IMG/VR virus record: IMGVR_UViG_3300021091_000071
Span: 188-64,187 of that record
Source of the DNA: a virus
Taxonomy: Duplodnaviria; Caudoviricetes
DNA length: 64,000 nucleotides
Direction: 5' to 3' (one strand)
This document shows positions 58,301 to 64,000 of this stretch, in pieces. Within the stretch, counting starts at the first letter, position 1. Each line of letters starts with the position of its first letter. The translations under genes and the position numbers were made by a program. The notes under the pieces are model-generated. The model was not told where the DNA came from, searched no databases, and saw only the letters and a program-made list of their open reading frames with translations.

Positions 58301-58726
58301 TCAGCATTAAACACTTATTATTATGTGAAGGATTTAGCTATTCAAAATCTTTATTGGCATAACAAGGAATTAAATTATTTCGACATAGGTATGCTCTACA
58401 AGGAAAAACTGCCCCCATCAAGCTTAAGATGGGATGTGCCCGCTGGAAGAAGAAATTATCTAGAGACAGTTTCTAGGTATTTTACACAACACGTTCCTGG
58501 CGCCAAGAGTGTACTTTACAACATATATCTTAATGATAACATCATGGATAGCAGTTGCAGAGATTATTTAAAGACGGCTATAATTAAGAAGCTAAAAGAT
58601 ATTACACCAGCATATACTAAATTAAATAATTTAGCATGGGTTACCAATTTGCCTGCACAGAGCGCGGAATATTTGCAACCGTATTTCGCTGGCAACACAT
58701 TAACTGATGGAGCATTTGATCGATGA
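55319..58726 (+). CDS. Large virion protein with split LamG/ConA-like domain
   Basis: FTISFW...YHHFSIAV...KLYLDGEL. ATG 55319 follows CTTAAATA. Confidence 0.7.
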   Translation: MFTSYLTPKNYISLSASYVYDNQIDFLTKRISVDGYLTTSHSPALSGINDFTKNNYSLLYVTPQINFDAVTNFSRPQQNSKNYFCNLYNKVSGGDTVYFTFSEDVDDSLLNTVIFDQLFNTTLSALNDLNYFNFDITDPFVCTVSHTLGNDEFYLAFNPASLNINFAILSSFTGTTDYNRKFYYTYNPKDQSISLQVRIAGQAYQVIRDTNTTRLTLCTVDSIAYTDTRGIFYLTAFYDPSLPEVTIDWGSYVKTFNQNNIDIDTSKSFFNVKNNFLLHAEYFNVAKEQAGITTNILPLKTQLNISNQQGRQNVFLNETPVNYRNYVSIFSGNRQEKGYEKLHLQYESYSYPYTFMSGKTTWFHMPQNMYPYTRLNISTSKLVEAGAVGGDHPLRSERLFKKLGEYRYTSNQGDTTGETTGQWLCAWLSAGPDITKRPVWIDRYYNPIVSTPFQAMEAAEGNVTYIPSYTCYNLELGVVDIPSSLTFEPGGLYAYSHIGKTDANQNIKLLERYQQQKDFDSYQRYDGLKLDPQKDRDMFNTYEYDGSRFSTIDVSNFKLDLNNFTISFWASRTDWTKPAGYQLGGNYNEYGLGIFNYKLVTPFLFYLNGSIVTALNRELEIINKFDNLKPFNQKPQFLLVRDPLNAFHAITDSLTLGEINLQETLVDAVTSMFTVPVKDASNDQENAYVLFTDNSLSGVNLASNLPFNIAIDNIISETGAYSQIKKIANKLVLIDGSQSTVRNTGVFFLSSGVVRRWDTITQTITSIVGSKTNQIEAFNIDKFNNTWTSSGNKITVYGEFQKQLLTTTLTAGNNFTSTPLKILGITFMENFINGDLYTDVIVSASGSQFNKLIVSRLNYSGIQNKTVMIDTNINFNQNLDPSNHSFNYGYVYDKINGNNNYSFKIRLYNQFDTEDIEIPEPTVKVQDLNPGYHHFSIAVNTVNGCVKLYLDGELYQTVQFTPKKYSFIPLVIDTVVVGACPFYSGLTLSNFVKKSALNTYYYVKDLAIQNLYWHNKELNYFDIGMLYKEKLPPSSLRWDVPAGRRNYLETVSRYFTQHVPGAKSVLYNIYLNDNIMDSSCRDYLKTAIIKKLKDITPAYTKLNNLAWVTNLPAQSAEYLQPYFAGNTLTDGAFDR

Positions 58727-60384
58727 CAACCTTAGAAAATCTTTTTGATAGATCCCGGTTTGTATACGATAGAATGGTCACAGATAATTTTGCACTACCT
58801 AATACGTATGAACAAATTAAAATACAACCTAATGAATTTGCTACAGCCAAAACTTTCAATCAAAAAATAGAAAAGCTATTTGATAATTTAATATATCTGT
58901 ATGGGCTGTGTAAAGTAGCCAGCTTTAATGTGCCTAAAACGTATGAGGGGTGGATAGGGTATGCTTTTGGAGACATAGAAAATATATTTTTCTATGGGTC
59001 TGATTTTACCACCTCATTTGCTAATTCTGTTTTATCTTCTACTTTTTATCAGAGCGAGAGAGGCATTTCATTCTACTCTACAGTTGCTCCAAATACTAAT
59101 AATATTATTTACACCACAAGAGATTTTATTAGTATACTGTCACTAGATACTCAATATGAAATAACTACAATTATACAGCAAACTAATATTGATCCTCTTT
59201 CTGGTTCTTTATGCTTCTCTCAAATAGGAAGCATTGCTGCGTACAAAGATGATATTCTTTATGTTAGCGATACAGTATACAACAATATTTATAGTTACAA
59301 ATTAAAAGACGTTATCAGCCCTGATTACGTAAAAGCTCAAAAGTTGTTTTTATTATACAACATAGGCGGCATTGGTACGAGTAAAGACAAATTAAAATTT
59401 AGTACTATTGGTAAAATGTTAGTAGCCCGGGACAATTTAATTGTTGAGGATCGAGATAATAAATGTTTTAAAGTTTATGACAAAGATTTAAACTGGGTCA
59501 ATACTTCTGTTGCTACAACATTTTTTAATGCCATTTCCACTATCAACTGCATGGCTTACAGTGAAAAAGATAAAAAGCTATATGCATGTAACAACAGGCA
59601 ACTTTACTTGCTCGATGTCAACACAGATTTTAGTATAGTATCTTCTGCTCAGTATGAATTAGATGAAATAGCCCCTACGGATAAAGTGATAGATATTAAA
59701 TTCGCTCATTACGATAAGAATGTATTCTATGTTTTAACACAGAAAACTTTAATTAAAAAATGGATTACTAAGCCAGAAAAAAATATTGGAATTCTACCTT
59801 CAGACGGCAATATATTTGGTGGAGATATTTTTCAATGGTTTACTGTTAGTGAGACCACTGATAAAAAATCTGACATTATTGTTACAACATTAAAGTCGAC
59901 CGACAATTTGCATTATTATGGAGCAGTGTTTAAGGATGATTTAAATCTAGTAACACTATTTAAAAATAAAGCGGAAGTTAACTATTATGATATAGACGAT
60001 GTAAAAATAAATCCGAATGAGTATAACTCTGCTTGGATTTATAATAAAAGCATAAAAAAGTTTCTTTATAACATGAGTTTATTTGTTAATAACATTGGCT
60101 ATAGATTTCACTCTGGCGAAAATGTAGTGGGTACCCCTGTCTATTTGTACAAAGGATATAATGATTTTTTTAGAACTAACACGGTGTTCGACACCAACAC
60201 ATTTTCAAATATTTTTATTAATGAAAATTTTCAGGCTGAAACAATTAATAGGTGTTTTAAACTAATTTACGACTATCAGCAGCAAGTCTTGACAGAAATC
60301 ATTAGCAATGACCCTGTTTTTGTTGATCTGTCTCCAAGAAAACTACCAGGCTTTGAATACAAGTTCTATACAGGAGGTTATTAA
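58723..60384 (+). CDS. Virion protein with NHL/beta-propeller-like repeats
   Basis: LYVSDTVYNNIY and LIVEDRDNKCFKVYD. Confidence 0.6.
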   Translation: MTTLENLFDRSRFVYDRMVTDNFALPNTYEQIKIQPNEFATAKTFNQKIEKLFDNLIYLYGLCKVASFNVPKTYEGWIGYAFGDIENIFFYGSDFTTSFANSVLSSTFYQSERGISFYSTVAPNTNNIIYTTRDFISILSLDTQYEITTIIQQTNIDPLSGSLCFSQIGSIAAYKDDILYVSDTVYNNIYSYKLKDVISPDYVKAQKLFLLYNIGGIGTSKDKLKFSTIGKMLVARDNLIVEDRDNKCFKVYDKDLNWVNTSVATTFFNAISTINCMAYSEKDKKLYACNNRQLYLLDVNTDFSIVSSAQYELDEIAPTDKVIDIKFAHYDKNVFYVLTQKTLIKKWITKPEKNIGILPSDGNIFGGDIFQWFTVSETTDKKSDIIVTTLKSTDNLHYYGAVFKDDLNLVTLFKNKAEVNYYDIDDVKINPNEYNSAWIYNKSIKKFLYNMSLFVNNIGYRFHSGENVVGTPVYLYKGYNDFFRTNTVFDTNTFSNIFINENFQAETINRCFKLIYDYQQQVLTEIISNDPVFVDLSPRKLPGFEYKFYTGGY

Positions 60385-60408
60385 AGCTTATTTTGAATAA
60401 TTATATAT

Positions 60409-61185
60409 ATGGCCGGTAACTTCACATTTCATAGCAAGCTTCATAGAGCTAGCCATCATACAGCATCTGGCACTGGATTACCGGATGCTGGGATAGATCC
60501 TATTGCATCAGAAGGACAACCATTTCAAGGAATATTTTTTACATTATTGCCTGATACTAATGGCTTTTTAACTATTAAGTCTAATAGTTATCAGTGGTGG
60601 TCAGTTTTTACAACTGTAAGCTCTGTCTCTAGTATTTGGGCTCCTACTCTTTCATTATATAATACAGTTAATTCTTTATCAGATAACTGGAATTTAGGAT
60701 ACAACTCCTATTTAAATTACAGCGCTGTAAGTGGGTTTTACTATTCTGCATATACCACAGTTTGTGGGTTTAGTGCCCAATGGAGTTCCCCTGATATTAT
60801 GTATCTTAGTATTGCACAGGAATATACTGGTACAAAAACGTTTTCTGGCACAACGTTAAGATATACTCAAAATGCAGCAACATATGAAACAGCGACTTAC
60901 CCAGCAGTAGATTGGGACTTGGATGTAAATCAAGTTACCTTTGTAACCTTAACAGCAAATACTATTTTTAACAATCCATTAAACCAACGTCGCGGGGGGC
61001 TGTATACTCTTAATATAATTCAAAGTGCAGGCGGTGACTGCGATGCTTTGTTTAGATCTGCGTATCGGTTTAACAGTACAATAGCACTAACAGGTGTAAT
61101 AAGTCTGTCCGCAAACTCGAGAACCATTATACATTTTGTCTCTGATGGATATTTGATGTACGGGGACAGAACTTTTTACACATAA
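60409..61185 (+). CDS. Fibre-like virion protein, paralog 1
   Basis: His-rich N-terminus, Ser/Thr-rich stalk and a C-terminal GGLYTLNIIQ...FVSDG domain. Confidence 0.65.
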   Translation: MAGNFTFHSKLHRASHHTASGTGLPDAGIDPIASEGQPFQGIFFTLLPDTNGFLTIKSNSYQWWSVFTTVSSVSSIWAPTLSLYNTVNSLSDNWNLGYNSYLNYSAVSGFYYSAYTTVCGFSAQWSSPDIMYLSIAQEYTGTKTFSGTTLRYTQNAATYETATYPAVDWDLDVNQVTFVTLTANTIFNNPLNQRRGGLYTLNIIQSAGGDCDALFRSAYRFNSTIALTGVISLSANSRTIIHFVSDGYLMYGDRTFYT

Positions 61186-62252
61186 TGAGCAATTTTTTAT
61201 TCCACAATAAATTTCACAGATCAAACCATCACACGGTTTCTTCTTTTGATTATACTGATAGTGCTATTGACCCTATTGCATCACAAAATGAACCTTTCAG
61301 AGGTATTTTTTATGACGTTAATCGTTTTGATACTACAAGATTAGAAATAGATGTTCGGTATATTCAAACTTTTGCCGGGTTAGATATAACCACATTTAAT
61401 GGGGCTTCAGCTGTAACTATTGATAGTATTTTCTTACAGCTTACCGGTTCTAATTTAACAAACAGTTATCAATGGTGGTCCACTTATACATATGTGAGAC
61501 CAAATAGCTCTAGCTTTGGACTGTATCCAACAACATACAATACAACTAACGCGTTAAGCTCTAGCTGGAATTTAGCTTATGATACCTACACAAATAGTAA
61601 TGCAAATAGTTCCACGTTCAACTCTTATTCAATAACAACCAGCGCGTTAAGTGCTAGCTGGCCATTCTTAAACAGTGCACTTCGCATCCCACATTCTCAG
61701 TCAAATACTAGGGCAAAAGTATTTACATGTACTAATTTAAATTTTGTATCTAACTCTGCGTATTGGAGCTTAAGTTCAATGCAAGTCGCTTTTGCATACA
61801 TTACAGGAGGCACAATAGTAAAAAATATTGAGCCTGTAGAAGATAAAAAACGTGGAGGTATTTACACTCTAATTTTACAGCAAGACGGTTTTGGTAGCCA
61901 CTGGGTAGAGTTTGAAGGCGATTATGTGTTTGCTGTACCACTATCAGCAAGCGCACTAGACACAGATACAGAGATTGTATCTTTGACAGCACTCAGTGTT
62001 ACAGTTATTAGATTTGTATGTGATGGTGATAAACTTTACGGTAAACCATCACAATATTTTTATCAAAGAGATGCTATACATACATATTTTCAGGGTGATG
62101 GTATTCGTATTAGTCCAAACCCTGCAGAATTGTATATACAAGAACAGTTTACACCTGTTGGCGGCATAGCTGTACAAGGGTTTGTACTGCCACTGGTACC
62201 ATATACGGAAGGTGTTGGAATCACAATATTATCAGGAGTCCCAGGGACTTAA
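61185..62252 (+). CDS. Fibre-like virion protein, paralog 2
   Basis: Colinear with 60409-61185 (DPIAS, NSYQWWS, GGIYTLILQQDG, FVCDG), with an extra C-terminal module. Confidence 0.65.
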   Translation: MSNFLFHNKFHRSNHHTVSSFDYTDSAIDPIASQNEPFRGIFYDVNRFDTTRLEIDVRYIQTFAGLDITTFNGASAVTIDSIFLQLTGSNLTNSYQWWSTYTYVRPNSSSFGLYPTTYNTTNALSSSWNLAYDTYTNSNANSSTFNSYSITTSALSASWPFLNSALRIPHSQSNTRAKVFTCTNLNFVSNSAYWSLSSMQVAFAYITGGTIVKNIEPVEDKKRGGIYTLILQQDGFGSHWVEFEGDYVFAVPLSASALDTDTEIVSLTALSVTVIRFVCDGDKLYGKPSQYFYQRDAIHTYFQGDGIRISPNPAELYIQEQFTPVGGIAVQGFVLPLVPYTEGVGITILSGVPGT

Positions 62253-62267
62253 GAATAACTATATTAT

Positions 62268-63260
62268 ATGATGGTATGTAGTGATGTTGAACCGGTGAGT
62301 GCTTTTTATAGCACCAATTTGCAATCTAAAATACAAAGTTATGAAAGATTAGGTCAACGCATTTGTAGGGCGTTAGGGGCTCCGTTAGTTAACATTGAAG
62401 TTCATTCTGATCAATTAAACGAATTTATAGGTATAGCATGTGAAATGTTTACAAAGTTTGCTGGCTACACACAAGAATATCTCGTATTTGATAGCGATTT
62501 GTACGAGAAAGAAAAAGGAGGTTTGCGATTGGATGTTTTGTTTAGTCTCACCAAGGATTTTAACTTTAGATCAAAATTTAAAAATGTTTCAAAATCAATA
62601 AAGGACTTATATTCTATAGGCAAAATGGTAATAGGAGAGACAGACAGCCCTTACTTATTTCAAGTCATAGATCAAACCCAGCCGGACACTTTAGAGCTGT
62701 TGAATAGTTATGATTATCTGATAGGTGACTACAGACGCGTCATAGATGTAATTGATTTTGAAGAAGGCAGTTCTGATGGTATTAATACTCTTTTCACAAT
62801 TGAACAATCACTTGCACAGCAAACATATTTTAGCTACTCACTTGGTAATTATGGTTTTGATTTGATTAGCTGGTACACTTTAAAAAATTGGCTTGATACA
62901 CGTGAAAAGGTTTTAGCGTTAAGACGGGATGTTCGGTTTGATCCAAGATCTCAATACATGCAAATGTTTCCTGCCCCAAGTAATACACATTTTTATGGAA
63001 TTGTAACGTGTTATGTTGAGCGCCCGTTGGTTGATATTATCAAAGAGCCTTGGGTTTATCAGTATGCATTAGCACTGACAAAAATAGCCATTGGGCAAGT
63101 TCGTGGCAAGTATGCAGGTACACAGCTTTTTGGCGGTGGTACAATAAATGCTTCTATTTTAGAAGATGGCAAAACCGAAAAAGCTGAACTGGAGAAAAAA
63201 TTGTACGAGAGTGCTCCTGGACTTGGTGATGCAGCACCTCCAGAATTTTTTGTTGGCTGA
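62268..63260 (+). CDS. gp13: gp13-like neck protein
   Basis: RALGAPLVNIEVHSDQL, WVYQYALALTK, GKYAGTQLFGGGTIN and a terminal FFVG. Confidence 0.88.
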   Translation: MMVCSDVEPVSAFYSTNLQSKIQSYERLGQRICRALGAPLVNIEVHSDQLNEFIGIACEMFTKFAGYTQEYLVFDSDLYEKEKGGLRLDVLFSLTKDFNFRSKFKNVSKSIKDLYSIGKMVIGETDSPYLFQVIDQTQPDTLELLNSYDYLIGDYRRVIDVIDFEEGSSDGINTLFTIEQSLAQQTYFSYSLGNYGFDLISWYTLKNWLDTREKVLALRRDVRFDPRSQYMQMFPAPSNTHFYGIVTCYVERPLVDIIKEPWVYQYALALTKIAIGQVRGKYAGTQLFGGGTINASILEDGKTEKAELEKKLYESAPGLGDAAPPEFFVG

Positions 63261-63715
63261 TGAAGTTGCAGCTTAAGAATAGTAAATTTGTACAAGGCAT
63301 TTTCAAACCCACACATACTGAAAAGTATAAGGGTCATGATTTACCAAGATATTTGAGCAGTTGGGAATTAAAATTGTTTAGATGGTGTGATACCAATCCA
63401 AACGTATTAGAGTGGGGGAGTGAAAATGTTGTAATAAATTACACAAGTCCTATTGATAACAAACCTCACAAATATATTGTCGACGCCTATGTCAAATTAA
63501 AGACAGCCACTGGTGTAAAAAAGTTCTTAGTTGAAATAAAACCGTACAAACAAACAGTTGCGCCTGAACAAACCAGTAATAAACATAAAAAGACTATGGT
63601 GTACGAACAACTTACATACATACAGAACATGGCAAAATGGGAAGCTGCAAAAAAATGGTGCAAAGAGAGAGGTATTGAATTTACTATTATAACCGAGAAA
63701 GAACTAAGAAAATAG
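63260..63715 (+). CDS. gp4: gp4-like head completion protein (TnsA-like nuclease fold)
   Basis: QGIFKP, KYKG, SSWELKLFRWCD-NPNVLEWGSE, VEIKP, NMAKWEAA and IITEKEL. Confidence 0.9.
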   Translation: MKLQLKNSKFVQGIFKPTHTEKYKGHDLPRYLSSWELKLFRWCDTNPNVLEWGSENVVINYTSPIDNKPHKYIVDAYVKLKTATGVKKFLVEIKPYKQTVAPEQTSNKHKKTMVYEQLTYIQNMAKWEAAKKWCKERGIEFTIITEKELRK

Positions 63716-63739
63716 CTTCTAAATCTATTAAATAATAAT

Positions 63740-64000
63740 ATGGCATTACGTCTATTAGTTGAAACCCCTGCATCGGATGATCAGTTTGAATACGTTGTGG
63801 AGGAAAAAAGCGGTAATCAACCCAGCACAATGTATATTAAAGGTCCTTACATGCAATGTGAGGAAGTCAATAAGAATAAAAGAATTTATGATTCTAGTGA
63901 AATGGACAAAGAAGTTAGACGTTACATAAGTGAGATGGTGAAAACAAACAGGTCCATGGGTGAATTAAATCATCCCACTGCAGCAGAAGTAAATCTTGAA
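63740..64000 (+). CDS. gp21: gp21 prohead protease, 5' part (runs off the window)
   Basis: MALRLLVE...MYIKGPYMQCEEVNKNKRIY...RSMGELNHP. ATTAAATA lies 5 nt upstream. Confidence 0.9.
   Translation, partial: MALRLLVETPASDDQFEYVVEEKSGNQPSTMYIKGPYMQCEEVNKNKRIYDSSEMDKEVRRYISEMVKTNRSMGELNHPTAAEVNLE

Noticed and set aside
1186-63337. Many short ORFs in the track that are antisense to or nested in core genes (e.g. 1186-1470, 9954-10214, 34211-34495, 63059-63337)
   Set aside because: They are shadow ORFs overlapping well-supported genes, with no motifs or promoters.
63260-63715. TnsA-like nuclease as evidence of a transposon
   Set aside because: It matches the T4 gp4 head-completion family in a neck/head context, with no transposase partners or terminal repeats.
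1-64000. Stop-codon reassignment (alternative genetic code)
   Set aside because: Core genes are full-length under the standard code, coding density is high, and TAA, TGA and TAG all end genes.

Overview
This is 64 kb of an AT-rich, T4-like (myovirus) phage genome, standard genetic code, with no tRNA, rRNA, CRISPR array, intron or intein seen. The left ~22 kb is a replication/recombination module: uvsY end, uvsW, gp55 late sigma, gp47/46, gp43 polymerase, uvsX, gp41, gp32, gp45 and gp61. It is interspersed with three glycosyltransferase-like genes, an RmlD-like NDP-sugar reductase and a QueC + class II glutamine amidotransferase pair. The right ~40 kb is a rearranged morphogenesis module: gp14, gp17, gp3, gp18, gp19, baseplate genes, gp16, dUTPase, gp44, gp25, gp6, an ~18 kb array of large adhesin-like virion proteins, gp13, gp4 and the start of gp21. 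The most notable signals are: (1) an L-S-[A/G] tripeptide strongly enriched in the outer virion proteins, a candidate sequon for phage-encoded virion glycosylation; (2) a QueC that has lost its Zn-cysteine motif, coupled to a GATase; (3) promoters placed 5-10 nt before start codons, implying leaderless mRNAs, plus a uORF before the sheath gene and a nested in-frame gene; and (4) scattered late genes with capsid-targeting-like N-termini. All calls come from motif recognition and gene order by eye. No database search was run.
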